Below, one piece after another: positions 11,090 to 22,690 of a DNA stretch of 31,101 nt. Made by a program: the position numbers and the translations under genes. Source of the DNA: Chiloscyllium plagiosum (Eukaryota); the NCBI RefSeq assembly GCF_004010195.1, contig NC_057760.1, positions 174,871 to 205,971 on the forward strand, written 5' to 3'. The notes under the pieces are model-generated. The model made no database searches, was not told where the DNA came from, and saw nothing but the letters and a program-made list of their open reading frames with translations. Within the stretch, counting starts at the first letter, position 1. Every line of letters starts with the position of its first letter.

Positions 11090-11600
11090 CAGGGTAATAG
11101 AACAGAATGCAGAACACAATGTTACAGCTACAGAGGAGGCACAGAGAAAGATCAACTCTTATGTACGAGAGGTCCATTCTTAACAGCAGGTAAGAAGCTG
11201 TTCTTGAATCTGTGAGTATGTGATTTCAAACATTTGCATCTTCTGGGTGGAAGAGAGTATTATCAAGATGAGAGGGGTCTTTGATTATGTTGGATGCTTT
11301 CCCGAGGCAGTGGGATGTATAGACGGAGTCAGTGAATAGGACTTTGGTTTGCATGGTGGACTGGGCTGTGTTCACAACTCTCTGTAATTTTTTTGCCGTC
11401 CTGGGCACAGCAGCTGCTATACTGTGATGCGTCTACAGACAATGCTTTCTATGGTATATCTACAAAGATTGAAAAGAGACATTGTGGACATGCTGAATTC
11501 CTTTCGCCACCTGAGGAAGTAAAGTATGCATTGATGTGGATGGACCAGCATGGATTCTTGGTAATATTTACTCCTAGGAACTTGAAGTTCTCGAACATCT
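11090..11600 (-). mobile_element. Rex1/Babar-type LINE 3' fragment
   Basis: KKLQRVVNTAQS...CLGKASNIIKDPSH on minus; homologous to 26165-26655. Confidence 0.75.
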
Positions 11601-11783
11601 CAGGATTTAATCGTCCTCCCAACTGCTTCCGCCATTAGCTGAAACTGTGATCAAACTGTTATTCCTCAACCCCCCTGTTCTTTATTCCTCCCCAACCCTA
11701 CAGCTCCGAATTGTCCTCTCTCAGCAACCTTTAATACACATTGGGTTTTCTGATATCCTTGCCTGCCCTTCTTTTTTGTCTGC

Positions 11784-12440
11784 CTGGGGCTGTTTTCCCT
11801 GGAGTATCGGAGGCTGAGGGGTGACCTTAAAGATGTCAATAAAACCATGAGGGACTTGGATAGGGTGAATAGCCAATAGTCTTTTTTTAATCCCCCTAAG
11901 TTAGGGGAGTCCAAAGCTAGAGACAATAGGTTTAAGATGAGAGGGTTGAAACTTTATTGCTGGAACAGCACAGCAGGTCAGAATAAAACCATGAGGGACT
12001 TGGATAGGGTGAATAGCCAATAGTCTTTTTTTAATCCCCCTAAGTTAGGGGAGTCCAAAGCTAGAGACCATAGGTTTAAGATGAGAGGGGAAAGATTTAA
12101 AAGGGACCTAAGGGGCAACTTTTTCACACAGAGGGTGGTGCGTGTATGGAATGAGCTGCCAGAGGAAGTGTTGGAGGCTGGTCTAATGACAGCATTTAAA
12201 AGGCATCTGGATAGGTAGATGATTAGGAAGGGTTTAGAGGGATATGGGCCAAATGCTAGCAAATGGGACTAAGTTTGGGTAGGTCTGGTTGGGCTGCTCT
12301 TCAGAGGATCGGTGTGGACTCGATGGGCTGAACGGCCTCCTTCCACATTGTAGGGATTCTATGATGAGATCTATTTGGATATCTGGTCACCATGTATTGG
12401 TTGAAGTGTCCGTTTCCATGCTGTCCGACTCTATGACTCT
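11784..12440 (+). mobile_element. CR1 LINE 3' fragment with a ~108-bp internal tandem duplication and a SINE tail insert
   Basis: GGGCTGTTTTCCCTGGAG...AGGCTGAGGGGTGACCTT; 11838-11945 repeated at 11982-12089; SINE tail at about 12280-12365. Confidence 0.85.
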
Positions 12441-12749
12441 GTTTGTAAGACCCCCTTTCCAGTCTGCTTTGCAGGGACTTTAGGGATTATTTACAGACCA
12501 ACAGTTGGTGCTTTCGGTGAGGTATTAAAGGCTGTTATGGCACGGTGGCAGTGTTCCTGCCTCTGAACCAGGACGCCTGGGTTTGAGTCCCACCTGCTCT
12601 GGATTGGAAACCATCTCCCAGAACTGTGAACTTCTGCATTTGTCTCAATCCCTGTTCCTTCATCCCCACAGTGCACCCAAAACACATGCGCAGGATTCTA
12701 TATGTATCGATTTAAAAAGGTGTTTTAAATCATGATTTGGAGGTAAAAG

Positions 12750-13190
12750 CCCTGGAGTAGTAAGCCAGAGGCCTGGGCTAATGCTTTGAAGTCAAATCCC
12801 TTGCAATTTGAATTTGGTTAATAAATCCACCATATATAAAGTTAGTCTGAGTGCTCGTACCTGTAAAATAACCCATGGTTATTGTAAAAACCCATCGGCG
12901 TTCACTCGTGGGGAGGGGAAACGGTCATCCTTACTTCCAAGTGACTCCGGGCCCAGAGCAGTGGGGTTGACTCTTATTTTCCCCTCAAGGTGACCCCTGA
13001 CTCAGGTCAAAGGTCAACGAAGGATGGATGACATGGGAAAGGTTTTGAGGCACCTGGGCCAAATGCTGGCAAACGGGACTGGTTCAGCTTAGGAAACCTG
13101 GCTGGCATGGATGAGTTGGGCCGAAGGGCCTGTTTGTATGACTCGATGACAAATGCCAGCCTTGCCAGTGACGTCCGTGTCCCATGAAAG
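12750..13190 (+). mobile_element. Degenerate SINE (same family as 6945-7141) interrupted by a CR1 tail
   Basis: Shared body sequence; tail GCCAGCCTTGCCAGTGACGTCCGTGTCCCATGAA; CR1 tail at 13025-13148. Confidence 0.55.
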
Positions 13191-13218
13191 GCTTACTGAG
13201 GGGGACTTAGAGGGAAAG

Positions 13219-13349
13219 TAGGAGAAAGTGAGGACTGCAGATGCTGGAGGTCAGAGTCGAAGAGTCCGGTGCTGGAAAAGCACAGCCTGTCAGGCAGCAT
13301 CTCAAGGAGCAGGAGAGTCGACGTTGTGAGCATCAGCTCTTCATCAGGA
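13219..13349 (-). mobile_element. Penelope-like 3' remnant, hammerhead GAAA core mutated
   Basis: Minus strand CCTGATGAAGAGCTGATGCTC-ACAA-CGTCGACTCTCC...CCAGCATCTGCAGTCCTCACT. Confidence 0.8.
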
Positions 13350-14284
13350 AAAGTAATCGGACGTGCCACTGGAACAATAAAATTGGTAAATGGCGGCTGG
13401 AGGGAATACATTTTGGCAGCAGATTGCTTATTCACTCACAAGGAAGGGCAGGCGGGGGAGGCATCGGCTTCCTTTTGGGGCTAGGACATCATCAAGCCGG
13501 GGGCGGGGGGGGGGGGGGCATACATTTGTAATGTCCAAACCGTGTCCATATGGGTGGGGGCTCTCACGTTGGCTTTAACACCATCTCCCTGCCCTCGCTT
13601 GGCAGAGTGGTAGTCACCCTGAGCTGACCGTACTCCCAAGGGGCGTGAGATGGCATTAACCGCCCCCCCAACAAGTTGTAAAGGGTTGGGTGAGGACTCA
13701 TGAGACCAATGATTTGGAGCTATGGAACAGTAAGAGGGCTGTGATGACGCCATGTTTTTGCTGAAAAGCATTTAACGCCCACCATTTTCACTGCAGCAGG
13801 AGACAGATTTCAGGTCATTCAGGCCCTGTCCACGGTTTGAAGGAAATTTGTGAAGACTCAAAAGTCGTTGTGTTTGCTTTTGATTGACACTCCATGGCCG
13901 CCATTACTGCCTGGGACCACTTGACCCCAAGATGGCGGCTTGTGACCCCAGCTGACAACCTGCACAGTGTGGCCTTCTGACCCACACCCAATGTCACTCA
14001 CCGCCCTCATCAACCATGAGGCGGTGCTTAGGAATTCTTCCCTTTGTAGGAAACTTCTAAAATGTGACATCCAGGGATATCAGGAAATATCGGGAATTTC
14101 ACGGGATAAAGTACATACCGCTGTGTGTTACTTGCTGTTGCTTTATTTGAACTGACCAATGAAATGGGAAACATTCAATAAAAGGAAGATGTGTTGTCAA
14201 TGTTTTTTGTGCTGACTCCACCCACAACAAGCTCTGTTTTCATGACAGAAGTCAGGGGCTTTGGTGTTTTGAAAGAAGAGCTGT

Positions 14285-15845
14285 AGAGTCAAAGAATCCA
14301 CACAATATGGAAGCAGGCCATTTGGCCCATCGAGTCCACATTGACCTTCCGAAGAGCATCCCAACCAGACCCACCCTATCCCTGTAACCCCACATTTCCC
14401 ATGGCCAAGCTACCCGAACCTGCACATCCCTGCGCACTACGGGATAATTTAGCATGGCCAATCCGCCCTAACCTGCACATCCCTGGGGCACTATAGCACA
14501 ATTTAGCATGGCCAATCTACCCTAATCTGCACATCCCTGGACATATAGGACAATTAGTATGGCCAATCCACCCTAACCTGCACATCCCTGGGCACTATGG
14601 GACAATTTAGCATGGCCAATCCACCCTAACCTGCACATTCCTGGGCACTATGGGACAATTTAGCATGGCCAATCCACCCTAACCTGCACATCCCTGGACA
14701 CTATGGGACAATTTAGCATGGCCAATCCACCCTAACCTGCACATCCCTGAACACTATGGGACAATTTAGCATGGCCAATCCACCCTAACCAACACATCCC
14801 TGGAAACTATGGGACAATTTAGCATGGCCAATCCACCCTAACCTGCACATCCCTGGCACTACGGGACAATTTAGCGTGGCCAATCCACTCTAACCTGCAC
14901 ATCCCTGGACACTATGGGACAATTTAGCATGGCCAATCCACCCTAACCTGCACATCCCTGAACACTATGGGACAATTTAGCATTGCCAATCCATCCTAAC
15001 CTACACATTCCTGAACACTACAAGACAATTTAGCATGGCCAGTCCACCCTAACCTGCACATCCCTGGGCACTACGGGACAATTTAGCACGGCCAATCCAC
15101 CCTAACCTGCATATCCCTGGATACTACGGGACAATTTAACATGGCCGATTCACCCTAATCTGCACATCCCTGGGCACTATGGGACAATTTAGCATGGCCA
15201 ATCCACCCTAATCTGCATATCCCTGGACACTATGGGACAATTTAGCATGGCCAATCCACCCGAATTTACACATCTCTGGGCATTATGGGCAATTTAGCAT
15301 GGCCAATCCACCCTAATCTGCACACCCCTAGGCACTACGGGACAATTTAGCATGGCCAATCCACCCTAACGAACACATCCTTGGCACTACGGAACAATTT
15401 AGCATGGCCAATCCACCCTAACCAACCCATCCCTGGCACTATGGGACAATTTAGCATGGCCAATCCATCCTAACCTGCACATCCCTGGACACTATGGGCA
15501 ATTTAGCATGGCGAATCCACCCTAATCTGCACATCCCTGGGCACTACGGGACAAATTAGCATGGCCAATCCACCCTAACCAACACATCCCTGGGCACTAT
15601 GGGAAAATTTAGCATAGCCAAACCACCCTAACTGACACATCCCTGGACACTATGGGACAATTTAGCATGGCCAATCCACCCTAACCTTTGGATTGTGAGA
15701 GGAAACTGGAGCACCCTGAGGAAACCCACGCAGCCATGAGGAGAATGTGCAAACTGCACACGGACAGTTACCCTGGGGTGGATTCAAACCTGGGTCCTTG
15801 CCGCTGTGAGGCAGCAGTGCTAACCACTGAGCCACTATGCCATGC
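14285..15845 (-). mobile_element. HE1-type SINE inflated to about 1.55 kb by an internal tandem array
   Basis: Minus-strand head TGGCTCAGTGGTTAGCAC and B box GGTTTGAATCC at 15775-15845, tail at 14285-14400, array between. Confidence 0.9.
14400..15687. repeat. Tandem array of about 24 x 53-bp units
   Basis: CATGGCCAATCCACCCTAACCTGCACATCCCTGGGCACTATGGGACAATTTAG, period 53 (for example 14611 to 14664), a few substitutions per unit. Confidence 0.97.
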
Positions 15846-16454
15846 AAATTGAGACCAAACTAGCTCCAGCTATATTACAGATGTTCTTTCTTTGGTGAAA
15901 TGTGTGTGACTTATACTGAGTTTGAATTTTAAACTCGAGGTGTTGGTCTATTTTTGTGAAGAGGTTTAAAAATGAGCTAAGTCAGTCTTTCCAGTGCCAT
16001 GAATTTAAATCAGTGAATGTTACCAGGAGTATTAATGGAAACTTGTGGATAGTTTACAATCAGAAACAGAAAATGTTAAGTCTGGGATGAGCAAAGTTTT
16101 TTTTTAAATTAGCTGAAAGGCTTTTGGAGTTTTGAAGAAGGTCTGCCTGGAGTCAGAAGCATGCAAGATTGTACAGCGTAGTTGAGGAAATAAATTAACT
16201 CAGTGAAAAGAGTAGTTTGCAAAATGTCCAGACGAGAGTGTTTGATTAGAACTCTGCAGATTGTTAAAGGGCTAAGGAAGCTGGAACTCTCAGTTGTATT
16301 AGTGGTTACGGGAAAAGCTCTGAAGAAGTAGTTAAGTCAAACCCATGGTTTGGATAGGGAAGGAATTCCTTTGGATTTTGAGGTTTTCAGCAGTATTTTG
16401 ATTTATTGTGTATTTTGAAGTCTTTCAAACTGTGTTACATTGAGATAGGAAATC

Positions 16455-16650
16455 AGTTTAGCTCAGTTGGCTGGGTTGTTGGTTTGCAGAGTAATATAAT
16501 GCCAAACAGTATGGGTTCAATTCCCATCACTGGTTTGAGGTTACCATGAAGGACTCAACTTCTTCCCTCACCTGAGGGAGGCCTGGTGGCCCTCAGGTTA
16601 AATCACCATCAGTGACAGCAGCCCCTAAGGTCTGGTTAAATGATGGCAAT
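16455..16650 (+). mobile_element. tRNA-derived SINE, third family
   Basis: A box TAGCTCAGTTGG, B box GGTTCAATTCC, body with a CCTGAGG...CCTCAGG inverted repeat. Confidence 0.6.
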
Positions 16651-17339
16651 ACAATTCAATATGTTTAGATTACTCAGCGTGTCTTATTTTGTTTTTCTTT
16701 CTTTTGTGTCTTATTGTTAAAAAACACGACAAATTTAAGGGAAAAATAAAAGCAAAGACATGATAGAACATAGAACAGTACAGCACAGAACAGGCCCTTC
16801 AGCCCACAATGTTGTGCCGACCATTGATCCTCATGTATCGTTAGCCATTTCTGCCCTGGGAAATAGTCTCTGCCTATCGACTCTATCTATGCCTCTCATT
16901 ATCTTGGTCTATCAAGCCTGATTTAATTATGGGAGCACAACACTCTAGATCAGTCTTCGGGGATGCCACATCGACCTAAGTCCAGAATGGCATATCACTT
17001 AACCTCAACTTGTCACATGCATTAAGGGAAAGAGGCCACTCAGGCCTTCAACCCTGCTTCACCATCTCATAGAATCTACAGTGCAGAAATTAGTCACTCG
17101 GCCATCGAATCTGCACTAACCCTTCGAACAGCATCTCACCCAGACCCAGGCCTCCCTAACCTATCCCTATAACTGCCATTTTGCATGGCAGTTGCTTTAT
17201 TTGAACTGACCAATCAAATGGAAAACATTCAATAAAAGGAAGATGTGTTGACAATGTTTTTTGTGGTGACTCCACCCACAACAAGCTCTGTTTTCATGAC
17301 AGAAGTCGTGGGCTTTTGTGTTTGAAAGACGAACCAAAA

Positions 17340-17678
17340 GTAGAGTCAAAGAGTCCACACAGTATGCAAGCAGGCCATTTGGCCCATCGATGACACATCG
17401 ACTCTCCAAAGAGCTTTCCACCCAGACCCACCTTATCCCCGTAACCCCACATTTCCCATGGGTAATCCACCCTAACCTACACATCCCTGGACACTATGGG
17501 GCAATTTAATATGGCCAAAACTAGACACCTTTGGACTGTGGGAGGAAACCGGAGCAAACCCACGCAGACACGGGGAGAATGTGCAAACTTCATGCAGACA
17601 GTTGCCTGTGGGTGGAATCAAACCCAGGTCTCTAGCGCTGTAAGGCAGCAGCGCTAACCACTGAGCCACCGTGCCACC
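17340..17678 (-). mobile_element. HE1-type SINE, unexpanded
   Basis: Same head and tail as 14285-15845 but only about 1.5 internal units. Confidence 0.88.
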
Positions 17679-18016
17679 ATTTGATAAGACTTTATTGTGG
17701 TCTTAACTCCATGTCTAATCCTTGCCCTTTGACTCCCTCAAGGGTTAAGAATCTGTCCAACTCAGGCTTAATTTAATCATCTAGCCTCCACCACTCACTG
17801 GGGCTGGGGGGGGGGGGGGGCGGGGGGCGAAGGAGGGGGGGAATTACACAGACTCTTCAGACAAAACAAATCTTGAGTATAGCTGACAGAAAAACAGATT
17901 AACACATTAAATGGGAAACCCCCTCAGTTTTAAACTGTGCCCCTTAGTTCTAACCTTTCTCACACTTGGAAACACATTCTGTCAGCGGTCACCCTGTCAA
18001 GTCCCCTTAGGAGCTC

Positions 18017-18600
18017 ACATAGAGTCACACAGCACAGAAACAGACCCTTCGGCCCAATTTGTCAATGCCGACCAGGTTTCCCAAACTAATCTAGTTCCAT
18101 TTACCTGTGTTTGGCCCAAGTCCCTCACATTATTTGTCCAAATATCTTTTAAATGTTATAACTGTACCTGCATCCACCATTTTCTCTGGCAGTTCATTCC
18201 ACAAATGAACCACACTCTGTTTGAAAAAGGGTCCCTTTTAAACCTTTCTCCTCTCACCTTAAAAAGGTAGCCTCCAGTTCTGAACTCCCTTACCCTCGGA
18301 GAAAAGACCTTTTTCAATTGACTTCATTTATGCCCCTCATGATTTTATAAATCTCTTTAAGGTCGACCTTCAACCTCAGGCGCTCCAGGGAAAAAAATCC
18401 CAACCTCTCCATATAACTCAATCCTCCAGTGCTGGTAACATCCTGGTAAATCTTTTCCGCATCGTCTCCAATTTAATAATATCCTTGCTATAGCAGGGCG
18501 ACCAGAGGTGTACATGGTACTCCAGAAATGTCTTAATAATCCTTTGTAAGATAAAGAGACCAAAATTGTGTACAGTACTTTAGATCTTCACACATCAATT
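18017..18600 (-). mobile_element. Degenerate CR1 3' fragment
   Basis: CATAGAGTCACACAGCACAGAAACAGACCC tail and ORF2 C-terminal remnants. Confidence 0.8.
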
Positions 18601-18826
18601 CCTTGCAAGACAGGAGAAACTGCATTCCTATTTTTATATTCTAGTCCCCTTGTAATAAATTCCCCTTGGACGTGACTTTTCTTAACTGGAAGTGCTGCCT
18701 GGGTCTCTGCTGCCTACACCCTATGCACTGCAGCAGTTCAAGCAGACAGCTCACCACTGCCTTCTCCAGGGGAAATTTGGGACGAACAGTAAATGCTGGG
18801 CCCAAACAAAGACTGATACCCACTTA

Positions 18827-19411
18827 TAGAATCATAGAGATGTACAGCACAGACCCTTCGGTCCAACTCATCCATGCTGACCAGATATCCTGACCTAATC
18901 TGGTCCCATTTGCCAGCACTTGGCCCATATCCCTCCAAACCCTTCCTATTCATATGCCCATCCAGGATGCCTTTTAAATTCTGTAATTGTACCAGCCTTC
19001 TCCACTTCCTCTGGCAGCTCATTCCATACCTGTACTACCCTCTGCGTGAAAAAGTTGCCTCCTAGGTCCCTTTTATTTCTTTCCCCTCTCACCCTAAACC
19101 TATGCCCTCTAGTTCTGGACCCCCCCACTCCAGAGAAAAGACCTTGTCTATTTACCCTATCCATGTCCCTTATGATTTTGTAAACCTCTATAAGGTCACT
19201 CCTCAGCCTCCGACGCTCCAGGGAAAACAGCCCCAGCCTGTTCAGCCTCTCCCTGTAGCTCAAACCCTCCAACCCTGGCAACATCCTTGTAAATCTTTTC
19301 TGAACCCTTTCAAGTTTCCACAACATCCTTCCGCTAGGAAGGAGACCAGAATTGCACGCAATATTCCAAAAGTGGCCTCACCAACATCCTGTACAGCCAC
19401 AATGTGAACTC
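18827..19411 (-). mobile_element. CR1 LINE 3' fragment
   Basis: LERVQKRFTRMLPGLEGLSYRERLNRLGLFSLERRRLRSDLIEVYKII. Confidence 0.92.
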
Positions 19412-19421
19412 CCATCTCTTC

Positions 19422-19724
19422 GTTAGGGTGGGGGAATCTAGAACTAGAGGGCATTGGTTTAGGGTGAGAGGGGAAAGACGTAAAAGAGACCTAACGGGCA
19501 ATGTTTCACCCAGAGGGTGGTATGTATATGGAAAGAACTGCCAGAGGAAGCGGTAGAAACTAGTACAATTGCAACATTTAAAAGGCATCTGGATGAGTAC
19601 ATGAATAGGCAGGGTTTGGAGAGATATGGGGCGTGTGCTGGCAGGTGGGACTAGATTGGATTGGTCAGCATGGATGAGTTGGTCTGAAGGGTCTGCTTCC
19701 ATGCAGTACATCTCTATGACTCTA
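19422..19724 (+). mobile_element. CR1 LINE 3' end, head-to-head with 18827-19411
   Basis: TCTAGAACTAGAGGGCATTGGTTTAGGGTGAGAGGGGAAAG...CATCTCTATGACTCTATG. Confidence 0.88.
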
Positions 19725-19935
19725 TGCCTTGGGAAAGCAGCCAAAATAATTAAAGATCCCTCCAACCCCAATTATACTCTCTTCCACCCTCTTCCATTGG
19801 GCAGAAGTTACAAAAGTTTGAAAAACACATACCATTTAATAACAGCTTCTTCCCGCTGTTATCAGACTTACGAACCTACCCCTCATATACTAGAGTTGAT
19901 TTTTCTCTGCACCCACTCTGTATCTGTAACACTTA
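19725..19935 (+). mobile_element. Rex1/Babar-type LINE 3' fragment
   Basis: CLGKAAKIIKDPSNPNYTLFHPLPLGRSYKSLK. Confidence 0.72.
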
Positions 19936-21258
19936 TGCCGACCACAAATGAACCACACTGTGTGTGAAAAAGGGTCCCTTTTAAATCTTTCTCCTCTCAC
20001 CTTAAAAAGGTAGCCTCCAGTTCTGAACTCCCTTACCCTCGGAGAAAAGACTTTTTTCAATTGACTTCATTTATGCCCCTCATGATTTTATAAATCTCTT
20101 TAAGGTCGACCTTCAACCTCAGGCGCTCCTAAGGGGACTTGACAGGCTGACAGAATGTGTCCCCAAGTGTGAGAAAGGTTAGAACTAAGGGGCACAGTTT
20201 AAAACTGAGGGGGTTTCCCATTTAATGCGTTAAACCCCCTCAAAATATATTAAGAAGACAGTGTAGACCCTAACCTTTTCTAATTTTAAAGTTAAGTGTA
20301 AGATGCTGAATTCCAGATGCAATTCAATTGGTCAAACTACCCGATTTTAAGCAAAACACACTTTTACTTTTACACTGCAGTTAACATACAGAGAGACTAA
20401 AAAGAATTGGCTTAACTGGATCTATCGAAATGCTTAACAAAATAATAGATACATTAACTACGACTAATTAACTGTTCCAATACAGAAACATCCCATTAAC
20501 ACACCCTGGCACCACTCCCCACCTCTTCCTCTGCTACATTGATGACTGCATTGGCGCCACCTCGTGCTCCCGCGAGGAGGTTGAGCAATTCATCAACTTC
20601 ACCAACACATTCCACCCTGATCTTAAGTTTACATGGACCATCTGTGACACCTCCCTACCCTTCCTGGACCTCTCCATCTCCATTAATGACGACCGACTTA
20701 ACACTGACATTTTTTTTACAAGCCCACCGACTCCCACAGCTACCTGGATTACACCTCTTCCCACCCTACCTCTTGCAAAAATGCCATCCCGTATTCCCAA
20801 TTCCTCCGCCTCCGCCGTATCTGCTCCCAGGAGGAGCGGTTCCACCATAGAACACACCAGATGGCCTCCTACTTTAGAGACCGCAATTTCCCTTCCCACG
20901 CGTTTAAAGATGCCCTCCAACGCATCTCATCCACATCCCGCACCTCCGCCCCCAGACCCAACCCCTCCAACCGCAACAAGGACAGAACGCCCCTGGTGCA
21001 CACCTTCCACCCTACCAACCTTCGCATAAACCAAATCATCCGCCGACATTCCCGCCACCTCCAAACAGACCCCACCACCAGGGATATATTTCCATCCCCA
21101 CCCCTCTCCGCCTTCCGCAAAGACCGTTCCCTCCGTGACTACCTGGTCAGGTCCACGCCCCCCTACCACCCACCCTCCCATCCTGGCACTTTCCCCTGCC
21201 ACCGCAGGAACTGTAAAACCTGCGCCCACACCTCCTCCCTCACCTCCATCCAAGGACC

Positions 21259-21625
21259 NNNNNNNNNNNNNNNNNNNNNNNNNNNNNNNNNNNNNNNNNN
21301 NNNNNNNNNNNNNNNNNNNNNNNNNNNNNNNNNNNNNNNNNNNNNNNNNNNNNNNNNNNNNNNNNNNNNNNNNNNNNNNNNNNNNNNNNNNNNNNNNNNN
21401 NNNNNNNNNNNNNNNNNNNNNNNNNNNNNNNNNNNNNNNNNNNNNNNNNNNNNNNNNNNNNNNNNNNNNNNNNNNNNNNNNNNNNNNNNNNNNNNNNNNN
21501 NNNNNNNNNNNNNNNNNNNNNNNNNNNNNNNNNNNNNNNNNNNNNNNNNNNNNNNNNNNNNNNNNNNNNNNNNNNNNNNNNNNNNNNNNNNNNNNNNNNN
21601 NNNNNNNNNNNNNNNNNNNNNNNNN
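21259..21625. other. Assembly gap
   Basis: Run of N. Confidence 1.
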
Positions 21626-21654
21626 ATCTCTCCACCCTTCAGGCACTCTGCCTG

Positions 21655-21691
21655 TATTCCTGATGAAGGGCTTTTGCCCGAAACGTCGATT
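21655..21691 (+). ncRNA. Minimal type I hammerhead ribozyme motif, core intact
   Basis: ATTC-CTGATGA-A-GGGC-TTTT-GCCC-GAAA-CGTC-GATT; stem I is weak (one mismatch). Confidence 0.72.
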
Positions 21692-22327
21692 TTCCTGCTC
21701 CTCGGATGCTGCCTGAACTGCTGTGCTTTTCCAGCACCACTCTACTCCAGAATCTGGTTTCCAGCATCTGCAGTCATTGTTTTTACCAAAGGCAAATTCA
21801 GTAAAACAGATTGTCTCACATGCAATTCTAGCAGCAGGAAGAGAACCCCAGCTTTTAGCTGTAACAGAGAAAGGAATAAGCATCAAGGCCCCTGCAACTC
21901 CAGGAAACTAAACCTAAAAATTCTGGTTCTGTTGGGCTTGACTCCACCCATCCAGGCTGCTTCTATTGTTCCAACGTTTGATTAAAAAAAACCCGAGGAC
22001 TCACATGCTGTTTACTTTATTGGATTTGGAGCAGACTGCTCATCACCTCTGTCTCAACCTTTCTTTATTAAAAAGGACAAAATATGCCTCTTGAAGCCAC
22101 ATTATCGTCAAACCTCCCTGCTTTAAAAAAAGAACGAACAATATGCAAAGGTGGCCTTATGTTTAAAAACCTTTAGTTTTATGCTATTAGTGAACTACAA
22201 TACATTTACATACATTGACTCTAAGCATGCAAATGTTCACTGCTACAGTCCATTTCAGTCTGTTTTTCCCCTCCATCAAATGCCTCCATCTTCCTTCATC
22301 AAAGTTGCAAAAATGCATTGGTAGCTT

Positions 22328-22690
22328 GGGCAGCACAGTGGCTCAGTGGTTAGCATTGCTATCTCACAGCGCCAGGGACCTGTGTTCAATTCTGCCCTCA
22401 GGTGACCGTCTGCATGGAGTTTGCACATTCGTCCATGGAGTCTGCATGGGCCCTCTCTGGGTGCTCTGGTTTCTTCCCACATTCCAAAAATGTGCACGTT
22501 AGGCAGACTGGCCAAGCTAAATTCCCCTGTAGTGTCCAGGGATGTACTGGCTAGGTGGATTGGCCATGGGAAATGCAGGGTTACAGGGATGTAGTGTGGG
22601 AGGAGGGTGGTGGGTCTGGGCAGGATGCCCTTTTGAGGGTCAATGGGCTGAATGGCCTGGTTCCACATTGTAGATATTCTATTCTATGAA
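22328..22690 (+). mobile_element. HE1-type SINE, unexpanded, inserted in the gypsy element
   Basis: GGGCAGCACAGTGGCTCAGTGGTTAGCA, B box GTTCAATTC, tail ATTCTATTCTATGA. Confidence 0.88.

Larger units (their letters stand above)
20511..21787 (+). mobile_element. 5'-truncated Penelope-like element (Neptune-type)
   Basis: RT motif YIDDCIG, HPDLKFT, LPFLDLSI, KPTDSHSYLDYTSSHP (frameshift at a T run near 20710), Cys linker CHRRNCKTC; the endonuclease would fall in the gap; 3' end has a hammerhead. Confidence 0.9.
20232..22110 (-). mobile_element. 3' LTR of the gypsy element, split by a Penelope insertion
   Basis: Minus-strand polypurine tract AAAGCAGGGAGG (about 22113-22124) followed by TGACGATAATG; 20232-20510 and 21788-22110 flank the insertion; distal CA terminus not evident. 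Confidence 0.6.

Noticed and set aside
12535..12600. tRNA gene (also heads at 5906, 15775, 16455, 22328)
   Set aside because: A/B boxes only; no complete cloverleaf; these are SINE heads.
14400..15687. CRISPR-like array
   Set aside because: Units are contiguous with no unique spacers, lie inside a SINE, and there are no cas genes; eukaryotic context.
15880..16450. Possible LTR-like fragment
   Set aside because: No termini, target duplication or second copy that I can demonstrate.
20861..21985. 374-aa ORF and other ORFs spanning N runs
   Set aside because: Length is inflated by assembly gaps; the real part is Penelope ORF remnant.
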